Shown in pieces: positions 55,180 to 64,000 of a stretch of DNA of 64,000 bases. Source of the stretch: Candidatus Atelocyanobacterium thalassae (GTDB taxonomy: Bacteria; Cyanobacteriota; Cyanobacteriia; Cyanobacteriales; Microcystaceae); the NCBI GenBank assembly GCA_051971635.1, contig JBFPLN010000006.1:64001-128000 (forward strand). Reading direction: 5' to 3'. Made by a program: the position numbers and the translations under genes. Positions within the stretch are counted from its first letter, which is position 1; each line of letters opens with the position of its first letter. The notes under the pieces were generated by a model. It made no database searches, was not told where the DNA came from, and saw nothing but the letters and a program-made list of their open reading frames with translations.

Positions 55180-55677
55180 ATGTTTTCTACACCTATCACG
55201 TTAACTAAATATGTATTAAAAGCATTAAGACTTACTTTACCTATTATTGTTGGTATACTTACAATAAAAGTCAGTTCACATGAGACTTTTGCTCAAACAC
55301 CTGCTCTTAATAATCCTTTAACTGTTCGCTCTGACATCCAAGAAGCAAACTCTGAAACTGGTGTTGTAACAGCTAGAGGTAATGTTCAATTTTTTTACCC
55401 TGCCCGTAAAATTCAAGGAACATCTGCTCAAGCTCAATACTTTAGCCGAGAACGACGTTTAGTTTTGACGGGTAACGTTTATATTCTTCAAGAAGGAAAT
55501 AGTATGAGATCTGAAACTATGACGTATTTGATTGATGAAGGAAGATTTATTGCAACTCCAGAATCAACTCAACAAGTAGAATCAATATATTTAGTTACTG
55601 AAACTGAAAATAGTATTCCACAAATGACTCCAGTGAATCCATCTTCTCAGATGGATTCAACTTTCCCAAACTTCTGA
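55180..55677 (+). CDS. LptA/OstA family LPS transport periplasmic protein
   Basis: Signal peptide; RSDIQEANSETGVVTARGNV...LVLTGNVYILQEGN beta-jellyroll; upstream of lptB. Confidence 0.8.
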   Translation: MFSTPITLTKYVLKALRLTLPIIVGILTIKVSSHETFAQTPALNNPLTVRSDIQEANSETGVVTARGNVQFFYPARKIQGTSAQAQYFSRERRLVLTGNVYILQEGNSMRSETMTYLIDEGRFIATPESTQQVESIYLVTETENSIPQMTPVNPSSQMDSTFPNF

Positions 55678-55693
55678 TTTTTAAAATTTTCTT

Positions 55694-56422
55694 ATGACAT
55701 TGATTTTAGAGAATATACATAAAACCTATGGAAAGCGCAATATTGTCAACCGGGTTAATATTAGAGTAGCACCTGGTGAAATTGTTGGATTACTTGGTCC
55801 TAATGGTGCAGGTAAAACTACTACCTTTTATATAGCAACAGGTTTAATTAAACCCGATAAAGGAAAAGTTTGGTTATACCAACAAGAAGTCACTTGTTTA
55901 CCTTTACATAAGAGAGCACGCTTAGGTATTGGTTATATGACTCAACAGCCTAGTATTTTTAGATATCTTACTGTTCAAGAAAATATTCAAGTTGCCCTTG
56001 AACAAACCGACATTACGCTTAAACAGAGAACACAACGTCTTCATGGTTTACTTAAAGAGTTTCGTTTAGAAAAAATTGCTCATACAAAAGGATCTCAAAT
56101 ATCAGGGGGAGAGAGACGTAGGACAGAACTAGCCCGTTCTTTAGCCGTGGGGGAGAAAGGACCAGATTTTTTATTATTAGATGAACCTTTTGCCGGAGTT
56201 GATCCTATTGCTGTCTCAGAAATTCAAGCTATGATTGCTCAGTTACAAGAACGTCGAATGGGAATACTTATTACCGATCATAATGTACGTGAAACTCTTG
56301 CAATAACTAATCGAGCCTATATCATGCGTGATGGTCAAATTCTAGCAGCTGGAAGTGCTGAAGAGCTATATAGTAATTCTTTAGTACGACAATATTACTT
56401 AGGAGAAAACTTCCAAATCTAA
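55694..56422 (+). CDS. lptB: LPS export ABC transporter ATPase
   Basis: GPNGAGKTTTFY, SGGERRR, LDEPFAGVDPIAV, ITDHNVRETL and YLGENF. Confidence 0.94.
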   Translation: MTLILENIHKTYGKRNIVNRVNIRVAPGEIVGLLGPNGAGKTTTFYIATGLIKPDKGKVWLYQQEVTCLPLHKRARLGIGYMTQQPSIFRYLTVQENIQVALEQTDITLKQRTQRLHGLLKEFRLEKIAHTKGSQISGGERRRTELARSLAVGEKGPDFLLLDEPFAGVDPIAVSEIQAMIAQLQERRMGILITDHNVRETLAITNRAYIMRDGQILAAGSAEELYSNSLVRQYYLGENFQI

Positions 56423-56473
56423 AATCACATCAGAATTATAGATATTGGTTAAGTAAATTACCTTAAAACCAGA

Positions 56474-57622
56474 ATGAAAATAAAGATTCCTAGCTTATCA
56501 GTTGTAGATCGTTATTTATTTTTAGAACTATTATCACCTTTCCTCTTTGGAATGGGAATATTCACTTCCTTGGGCCTATCTATTGGAACTTTGTTTGATT
56601 TAGTACGCCGAGTAACAGAATCAGGATTAGTTTTAACAGTTGCTTTCCAGATCTTATTACTAAAGATCCCAGGATTTTTAAGTTTAGCTTTTCCTATGGC
56701 TATACTACTAGCAGCTTTAATGGCTTATAGTCGTTTGTCTAGTGATAGTGAGATTATTGCTTTACGTAGTTTAGGTGTGGGAATATATCGCTTAGTGGTT
56801 CCTGTAATTATTTTTGGTTTTATGGTGACAGGATGTGCATTTATAGTGAATGACTGGATAGCTCCTGCTGCGACTCATAAGGCAGCGATAATTTTAGAAG
56901 AAGCTGTTAATCAAAAACGTCCTGATTTTAAAAGGCATAATATTGTTTATCCAGAATATAAAACCGTTAAAGGTAAAAATGGACAAGAATCTACTATGTT
57001 AACTCGATTATTTCATGCTGAAGAATATAATGGAGAAGAAATGAAAGGTTTAACCATCTTAGATAGAACGCAAGAAGGTGTAAATCAAATTGTTACTTCT
57101 GAATCTGCAACTTGGAATATCTCAAGTAACACATGGGACTTCTTTAACGGTACTATTTATCTTATTGCTCCAGACGGTTCATATCGTAATATAGTACGTT
57201 TTCAGCATCAACAACTAGCATTACCCAAAGCTCCTTTAGATTTAGCAGATCGTAGACAGAATTTTACTGAAATGACCATATCAGAGACCAGAGAATATCT
57301 TAAGGCAGTTCAATTTAGTGGTAACGAAAAGCGTATTAGAAAAGTTAAGGTACGTTTACAAGAAAAATATGCTATGCCTTTTGTTTGTTTAATTTTTGGC
57401 CTAGTTGGTGCTTCTGTTGGAGTAAGACCTCAGAATACTAATAGAGCAACAAGTTTTGGTGTATGTGTAGGATTAATCTTTGGATACTATATTCTTGCTT
57501 TTATGAGTACTTCGTTAGGTATCTGGGGTATCCTCACTCCTTTTTTAGGGGCGTGGTTACCTAACATTCTTGGGCTAGGCGCAGGTAGCTTGTTATTAGT
57601 TCAGTCAGCAAATCTAAAATAA
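56474..57622 (+). CDS. LptF/LptG family LPS export permease
   Basis: DRYL, YSRLSSDSEIIALRSLG; periplasmic beta domain; C-terminal GAWLPN. Confidence 0.9.
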   Translation: MKIKIPSLSVVDRYLFLELLSPFLFGMGIFTSLGLSIGTLFDLVRRVTESGLVLTVAFQILLLKIPGFLSLAFPMAILLAALMAYSRLSSDSEIIALRSLGVGIYRLVVPVIIFGFMVTGCAFIVNDWIAPAATHKAAIILEEAVNQKRPDFKRHNIVYPEYKTVKGKNGQESTMLTRLFHAEEYNGEEMKGLTILDRTQEGVNQIVTSESATWNISSNTWDFFNGTIYLIAPDGSYRNIVRFQHQQLALPKAPLDLADRRQNFTEMTISETREYLKAVQFSGNEKRIRKVKVRLQEKYAMPFVCLIFGLVGASVGVRPQNTNRATSFGVCVGLIFGYYILAFMSTSLGIWGILTPFLGAWLPNILGLGAGSLLLVQSANLK

Positions 57623-57627
57623 TTAAT

Positions 57628-58425
57628 ATGTCCAAAACACTAATACTAAATATTGGCTGGCTATATCCTAATTTAATGAGTACATATGGTGATAGGGGCA
57701 ATGTCATTTGTTTACAACGACGTTGCCAATGGAGAAATATATTGGTTAACATTATTCCTCTTGACCAAAAGAGTGATATATCTGATTTTTCTAAAATTGA
57801 TATCGTAGTTGGTGGAGGTGCTCAAGACCGCCAACAAGAGATTGTCATGAAAGACCTTCAAGGAGCTAAAGCAGAAATACTAAAATTTAAGTTAGATCAA
57901 GGCACTCCTGGGGTTTTTACTTGTGCTTCTCCTCAGCTTTTAGGCCATTACTATGAATCTGCTTCTGGTCAACGTATCAACGGATTAGGCTTATTGGATA
58001 TAGTCACCAAGCATTCTGGGTCAAATATATCACGCTGTGTTGGTAATATGGTATTCCAAATCACAGCATCTCCTTTAGTTCAAGATATTAAACAAATGTT
58101 AGGTGAAAATCCTGTTGTTATAGGTTTTGAAAATCATGGTGGGCGTACTTATTTAGGCAATGTTCAGCCTTTAGGAAAAATAATATTAGGATACGGAAAT
58201 AATGGAGAAGACGGATATGAAGGGGTTTTATATCGTAATGCTATCGCAACTTATTCACATGGTCCACTATTAGCTAAAAATTCATTTATTACTGATTGGC
58301 TTATGAAAACAGCATTGAAAGAAAAGTACAAAAAAGATATAACTCTGATAAATATTGATGATGATTTAGAAAACCAAGCAAGAAAAACTATTCTAAAAAA
58401 ATTGAAATTATCTTCTAGTGTATAA
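57628..58425 (+). CDS. Type 1 glutamine amidotransferase, GatD/CobQ-like
   Basis: LYPNLMSTYGDRGN, GGGAQD, C-x-S-x-QLLG, GFENHGGRT and TYSHGPLL. Confidence 0.85.
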   Translation: MSKTLILNIGWLYPNLMSTYGDRGNVICLQRRCQWRNILVNIIPLDQKSDISDFSKIDIVVGGGAQDRQQEIVMKDLQGAKAEILKFKLDQGTPGVFTCASPQLLGHYYESASGQRINGLGLLDIVTKHSGSNISRCVGNMVFQITASPLVQDIKQMLGENPVVIGFENHGGRTYLGNVQPLGKIILGYGNNGEDGYEGVLYRNAIATYSHGPLLAKNSFITDWLMKTALKEKYKKDITLINIDDDLENQARKTILKKLKLSSSV

Positions 58426-58647
58426 AAATAAGTTTTATTAATTATCACTAATTTAAATTGAAAATAAGAAAATGAACAATAACCTAAAGTTCAACTTTCA
58501 TCGTATTTTTAACTATAGAGTTTTATAAAGATTCTTTTCGAAGTATTTGTTACTAAGACAGTTTAGATATAAATTGCAAGAATCAGAAATAGCAAAATTC
58601 GCCCTATTTTTAGTTAACATAAGCTTATTCCCTTATTAGGAGAACAT

Positions 58648-59940
58648 ATGAATATCGCAGTAGTAGGCTTAAGTCATAAAACTGCTCCAGTTGAAGTTCG
58701 AGAAAAATTAAGTATTCAAGAAACTAAAGTTGAAGAAGCAATAATTCATTTACGAAGCTATCCGCATATAGAAGAAGTAGCCGTCATTAGTACTTGTAAT
58801 CGTTTAGAAGTTTATGCAGTCTTAACTGATACAGAAAAAGGAGTTATTGAAATTATTCAATTTCTTTCTGAAACTAGTCACATACCTTTGGGTTATCTTA
58901 GACGTCATCTTTTTATATTGCTTTATCAAGATGCAGTTCGTCATTTATTTAGAGTAGCTGCAGGATTAGAAAGCTTGGTTTTGGGAGAAGGACAAATCTT
59001 AGCTCAAGTGAAGACTACTTACAAGTTAGCTCAAAAATATAAAGGTATTGGTAGATTGCTAGATCGTTTGTTTAAACAAGCAATTACTGCTGGCAAAAGA
59101 GTTCGTAGTCAAACTAATATAGGTACTGGAGCTGTATCAATAAGTTCTGCTGCAGTAGAATTATCCATAACCAAAGTCAGTGATTTAACAAACAAACAAG
59201 TTACAGTTGTTGGTGCAGGGAAAATGGCACGCTTATTAGTTAAACATCTTTTGGCGAAAGGTGCAGTATCTATTAATGTTGTTAATCGTTCTAGACTTCG
59301 AGCAGAAGAATTGGCAAAAAAGTTTCCTACAGCTGAGCTAACTTTAGTACCTTTTGAAGAAATGATGACAGCTGTAAAAAATTCACATATTATTTTTACT
59401 AGTACAGCAGCTAGTCAACCAATCTTACATCGTGAAAATCTTCGAGAAGTTGTATCTACGCAAGAAAAATTGATGCTATTCGATATTTCTGTTCCTCGCA
59501 ATGTAGCCACAAATGTACAAGAAATGGAGCTTGTAGAGGTTTATAATGTAGACGATTTAAAAGCAGTAGTGGCAAAAAATCATTCTAGTCGTCGTCAGAT
59601 GGCATTAGAAGCGGAAAAACTACTCGAAGAAGAATTGGGAACTTTTGAATTGTGGTGGCATTCGCTAGAAGCAGTTCCAACGATCAGCTGCTTAAGGACT
59701 AAAATTGAGGGTATTAGAGAACAAGAACTGGAAAAGGCTTTATCTCGCTTAGGGGTTGAATTTGCGGAAAAACATCAAGAAGTAGTTGAAGCTTTAACAA
59801 GAGGAATAGTAAATAAAATTCTGCATGAGCCAATGGTTCAGCTACGCGCACAACAAGATATTGAAGCTAGACAAAGATGTTTGCAATCTTTACAAATGTT
59901 ATTCGATCTGGAAATTGAAATAGAAAAACAATTTAGTTGA
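58648..59940 (+). CDS. hemA: Glutamyl-tRNA reductase
   Basis: [38 protein letters not shown] and DISVPRN; AGGAG RBS. Confidence 0.97.
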   Translation: MNIAVVGLSHKTAPVEVREKLSIQETKVEEAIIHLRSYPHIEEVAVISTCNRLEVYAVLTDTEKGVIEIIQFLSETSHIPLGYLRRHLFILLYQDAVRHLFRVAAGLESLVLGEGQILAQVKTTYKLAQKYKGIGRLLDRLFKQAITAGKRVRSQTNIGTGAVSISSAAVELSITKVSDLTNKQVTVVGAGKMARLLVKHLLAKGAVSINVVNRSRLRAEELAKKFPTAELTLVPFEEMMTAVKNSHIIFTSTAASQPILHRENLREVVSTQEKLMLFDISVPRNVATNVQEMELVEVYNVDDLKAVVAKNHSSRRQMALEAEKLLEEELGTFELWWHSLEAVPTISCLRTKIEGIREQELEKALSRLGVEFAEKHQEVVEALTRGIVNKILHEPMVQLRAQQDIEARQRCLQSLQMLFDLEIEIEKQFS

Positions 59941-60081
59941 ATATAAAATATAGTCATTCATGGTAAAACAATATTAAATTCAGTTAATACTTTAGGTCTG
60001 CTAGTTTTTTAAAATATCTTTCCTGGCTATTTCCTATAAAAATTTTAAAGAATGTTTATTTTAATTAATACAAATACTATC

Positions 60082-61068
60082 TTATTTTAGTCCTAATTCC
60101 CGTTTCAAAAAACTAATAGAATCTTTTTTAAGATAATATTTGGAGCACATTAGTTTAGGGAGACAAAGTAAATCATCCCTTACTGATGAGATAGCTTGTT
60201 TAACTATAGAGTAACTAGCTAGGTCACTAATAATTACTTGTGCTGATTTCACCAAAGTTAATAATTGATTTTGGTTATTAACCTGAGCTGAGGTCAATAA
60301 TATATCATTGCCTCTTAGACTGCGAATTAAGATTTCTGCTATATTGATTATTCCAGTACTTAAGCTAACAATTCCTAATCGGGTATCTTTTGGAAGGATT
60401 TTAATAACTTCAATTTCTTCGATATAATCATGAATATCAATGGGGAGTACACGAGCTCCATGTAATGATGCAATTGCTTCTACTTCTAGAGTAAAGTATC
60501 GACTAGTTACTACAGTTACCGATTCTTCTTCAGAGAGAATTTTAGCTAACTGTTCTATAGGTACTAAGCGAATGGGAATACTGAGAGCATCCTTTAACTC
60601 TTGTAATATTAATTTTCCTGCTCCTATATCTTGTTTTGGTACTGTAACTATGACTTGCATGCTGCAAAGTGAATACCAGTTAAAAACTTCTAAAAACAGC
60701 TTTTGGATTTCCGAAAAAGTCAATCCTTGACATAGTAGTTCATTTAAATTTTTGTGAATTAATGCGATCTCATTAGGATACTCTATAAATTGAGGATAGT
60801 GAGATAAAAATAAATTATGGTCTATAGCTCTTTTCTTTACATATATACCAGATCCTATTACTGACTCTACTAGGCCAATTTCCTCAAGTTGTTGATAAAT
60901 TTTATTAATGGTATTGCGATGCAGTCCTGTCGTTTGTGCTAGCTGGCGAATACTTGGCAGTCGCTCCCCAGGAAGGCATTGATTAGATACAATTACAAAA
61001 CGAATTTGGTTAAACAACTGCTGAGAAGCTGGAATAATACTATCAAATCTAACTTTGAATTGAATCAT
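60082..61068 (-). CDS. plmA: GntR-family regulator, cyanobacterial PlmA type
   Basis: IPASQQLFNQIRF...RLPSIRQLA..TGLHRNTI...GSGIYV HTH; long C-terminal domain with VVTSRYF and LGIVSLS. Confidence 0.8.
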   Translation of the reverse strand: MIQFKVRFDSIIPASQQLFNQIRFVIVSNQCLPGERLPSIRQLAQTTGLHRNTINKIYQQLEEIGLVESVIGSGIYVKKRAIDHNLFLSHYPQFIEYPNEIALIHKNLNELLCQGLTFSEIQKLFLEVFNWYSLCSMQVIVTVPKQDIGAGKLILQELKDALSIPIRLVPIEQLAKILSEEESVTVVTSRYFTLEVEAIASLHGARVLPIDIHDYIEEIEVIKILPKDTRLGIVSLSTGIINIAEILIRSLRGNDILLTSAQVNNQNQLLTLVKSAQVIISDLASYSIVKQAISSVRDDLLCLPKLMCSKYYLKKDSISFLKRELGLK

Positions 61069-61339
61069 AGCTATTAAACCAAATAACTACTAGTTTTTTA
61101 ACTATATTTCATCTTAAACCATTCTCATATAGTTATTCTGCTAACTAAAGATAAAGAGACTTTATACCTTTTCGTAAATATTAGACTTAAGACTTGTTAC
61201 AAAAAATTATTATTTATTAGCTCTACTAAATTTATATAATTTTTATGAAAAATAAACATGATTTATTCACGTAAAGATAACTATTGGAATTCAAAGTCTA
61301 GGATTATTAGAATTTATAAATCGGACTGATATTAATATA

Positions 61340-61891
61340 CTATGCTTTGTTTTCTTCGGAAGAACGCCTTTTTTTTGCATATAGCTGGATAGATACCATC
61401 ATTAAAGTTACTAATATTACTAGTAGTAAAGTAACGAAGTTAAGTGGCAAGTTATTCTTAAATGTAACTAATAGAACTATGGAAACTAATAAAACTGTGG
61501 GAGCTTCATTTAGCATTCTAAATTGTCTACCTGTCCATAAACAAGTATCTTGCTCTAATTGCTTTATTATTCTTCCACAATAATAGTGATAAATCAAAAG
61601 CAATCCTACGAATAATAGTTTAACATGTAACCACCAAGATTGTAGGATAGTCGTATCTGTAGAAACTATTCCCATTGCCATTATTAACGTTACCAGCATA
61701 CCTGGAGTTGTGATTATATTATAAAGGCGCTTCTCCATTAACATATATTGAGTCTTAAGGATAGTTTTTTTTGGTTCTTGTTCCTCATTGGCTTCAGCAT
61801 GATACACAAATAAACGTACTAAATAAAACAATCCAGCAAACCAAACTACAACACCAATTATGTGAAAAGCTTTAAACCAATAATATTCCAT
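61340..61891 (-). CDS. hemJ: Protoporphyrinogen oxidase HemJ
   Basis: WFKAFHIIGVVVWFAGLFYLVRLFVYH, MEKRLY, WLHVKL and RMLNEAPT. Confidence 0.93.
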   Translation of the reverse strand: MEYYWFKAFHIIGVVVWFAGLFYLVRLFVYHAEANEEQEPKKTILKTQYMLMEKRLYNIITTPGMLVTLIMAMGIVSTDTTILQSWWLHVKLLFVGLLLIYHYYCGRIIKQLEQDTCLWTGRQFRMLNEAPTVLLVSIVLLVTFKNNLPLNFVTLLLVILVTLMMVSIQLYAKKRRSSEENKA

Positions 61892-62257
61892 AATTTTTTA
61901 AAAATAATTGTTTAAGTAGAGGTGTTATTTATTTTTTAACTACTTGTTCAAAATTTTCAATAAGAATTAAAAATTTTTGTTTTGTTAATATGATAAGTTA
62001 TAAACTACTATAACGAGGTTAAATATAAATAATAAGATTTTTATCATACTTGTTTTAGAAATAAAAATGAGAGTATGAGGATAAAAGTGAAAACTCCAGA
62101 TATAAATTTTTAGTAAAAATAAAACTTAAATTTATAATGCATCTAAAATATTGGCGTATTAACTCTTTTAAGAATCTAGAAATTACATTAACTTTAATCT
62201 AGTTGATTACAAATTAACTAGCAAACGATATCAATAAGGTCATAAGATAAAATTCAA

Positions 62258-62908
62258 ATGAAAAATAATAGTTTTCAAAAAAGAGAGTCTATTCTAAGCT
62301 TTATACTATACCACCTCCTAAAAATTTTGATAGTCAATCCTCTTTTCCTGACTTATTTTCGTGGAAAAGTATACGGACAAGAGAATATTCCAGAAGGAAA
62401 ACCAGTTATTGTAGTAAGTAATCATTCCAGTTATTTTGATCCACCTCTCCTATCCTCGTGTATGAAAAGACCAGTAGCCTTTATGGCTAAAGAAGAATTG
62501 TTTAAAGTTCCACTATTAGCACAAGCAATGCGTTTATGTGGCGCTTACCCTGTTAAAAGAGAAACTGGTGATCGTGGCGCGATTAGATCAGCATTAAATG
62601 CACTAAAGAATGGTTGGTTAGTTGGAATATTTATACAAGGAACTCGTACTCAAGACGGAAACATTAACCATCCAAAATTAGGAGCAGCAATGATTGCTAG
62701 TAAGACTCAAGCTCTTCTATTACCTGTATCTTTATGGGGAACTCATAAAATTTTAAGGAAAGGGTTTTATTTTCCTCTTTCTGTACCTTTAACTATTCGT
62801 ATTGGGCAGCCTATACATCCACCTAAATCTAATAAACGTCAAGAATTGAAAGAAGTTACTGAACAATGTGCTATCCGAATTAATCAGTTAAATAGTTTGG
62901 GACGCTAA
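62258..62908 (+). CDS. plsC: 1-acyl-sn-glycerol-3-phosphate acyltransferase
   Basis: NHSSYFD (HxxxxD), FMAKEELF and FIQGTR. Confidence 0.9.
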   Translation: MKNNSFQKRESILSFILYHLLKILIVNPLFLTYFRGKVYGQENIPEGKPVIVVSNHSSYFDPPLLSSCMKRPVAFMAKEELFKVPLLAQAMRLCGAYPVKRETGDRGAIRSALNALKNGWLVGIFIQGTRTQDGNINHPKLGAAMIASKTQALLLPVSLWGTHKILRKGFYFPLSVPLTIRIGQPIHPPKSNKRQELKEVTEQCAIRINQLNSLGR

Positions 62909-63474
62909 TATTAATAGTTGACTACAAAGAGAATCATATGAAGATTAACAGAAGTGATATAAGCCAAAATTTTTAACTATCTATATCTTGATATCGAAAA
63001 ATTTAAATATAATTGAGAAAGATAATTACTAGCTATTTTAATAATTTCAAATCTTTAGGTAAAAAATTAAACAAGAGCTTCTAACTTTTAATTAAGAAAA
63101 TAATTTTAATTTACTAGAACCATATCTAATTCATGTAATCAAAAAGAATTAACTACTATTTTGAAAAAAGAATATAGATAAAAAATTACCTAAAAATATA
63201 TGAATTATATTCCAATATTTATATCATTAAATTTTGTATATTTTTCCAATATTATTGGATATTAATATCATCAAAGCTTTAAAAAAGTTTTCTAAACTAA
63301 TATTTGATTAAAACCATATCTTGATATAGAAAGATAAAAATTAAGCAGCATACTATTTTTTGTACTTAAACTTGGAAAATATACTATCTTTGAAATATTT
63401 AAACAAATATATACATAGAATATGATTACTCTTAGATACAATAAATATATTAGAAACTCAAGTAGTATATCCAA

Positions 63475-64000
63475 ATGAGGCAAAATTTTGCGTGGTTTGT
63501 CAGTAGTGTAACAACAGTTTTGATAGTTGTTACACCTTGCTGGGGTCTAAATAAATCAGTCAGAAAATTAGGAATTTATGCTGATTCTTTACATAAAAAA
63601 CCATATAGTCTAACTGGGCGAAAAATTGCTATTGGGCAGGTAGAAATTGGACGACCAGGAAAATTTGGTTTTGATAAAATTGTGGCTTGGAATCCTAACT
63701 TTCAATTGGCAGGTATTTATTATCAAAATAAAACTGTTAAGGCAAATAGTAATTTAGATAATCATGCTGCAATGGTTGCAGCTGTGATGGTAAGTAAAGA
63801 TAAAAAATTACGAGGAGTTGCCCCTAATGCCAAACTTTATGCATCAGCCGTAGGGGCTTTGAAAGGTAGTGGTCAGCCTCAAGAATGTCTTGCTAGTCAA
63901 TATATAGCAGAACAAAACGGAGGAGACTTACGAGCAATTAATTTTAGTTTTGGTGAATCCCTAGAACAAGATCATCATACAGATTATAAACTAGATGGTA
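63475..64000 (+). CDS. Exported S8 (subtilisin-like) peptidase, 3' end outside the window; absent from the ORF track
   Basis: Frame open from ATG 63475 to window end: MRQNFAWFVSSVTTVLIVVTPCWG (signal-like), LTGRKIAIGQVEIGRPG, DNHAAMVAAVM, GVAPNAKLY and AINFSFG. Confidence 0.85.
   Translation, partial: MRQNFAWFVSSVTTVLIVVTPCWGLNKSVRKLGIYADSLHKKPYSLTGRKIAIGQVEIGRPGKFGFDKIVAWNPNFQLAGIYYQNKTVKANSNLDNHAAMVAAVMVSKDKKLRGVAPNAKLYASAVGALKGSGQPQECLASQYIAEQNGGDLRAINFSFGESLEQDHHTDYKLDG

Overview
AT-rich (about 30% GC by eye) cyanobacterial chromosome segment of roughly 47 housekeeping-type CDSs and one tRNA-Cys. I saw no mobile elements, prophage or CRISPR. The proteins look like Crocosphaera/Cyanothece-clade homologs, spacers are long and extremely AT-rich, and I found only one HIP1 site. 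Chlorophyll/tetrapyrrole genes (chlG, hemA, hemJ, CPP1-like), an IsiA/Pcb-type antenna, NDH-1 genes, squalene-hopene cyclase and nutrient importers are present. This best fits UCYN-A (Ca. Atelocyanobacterium thalassa, the nitroplast); that assignment is inference, not a database result. The ORF track misses the +1 programmed frameshift in prfB, tRNA-Cys(GCA), the 5' part of cysS and an S8 peptidase running off the right end. The strongest unexplained signal is a set of long, perfect, mutually unrelated inverted repeats at gene 3' ends: arms up to 34 bp, plus a 50-bp loopless palindrome containing the stop codons of two convergent genes. Candidate palindromic operators sit upstream of the isiA-like gene and between fabI and ntcA. 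I found no clearly novel multi-gene system.
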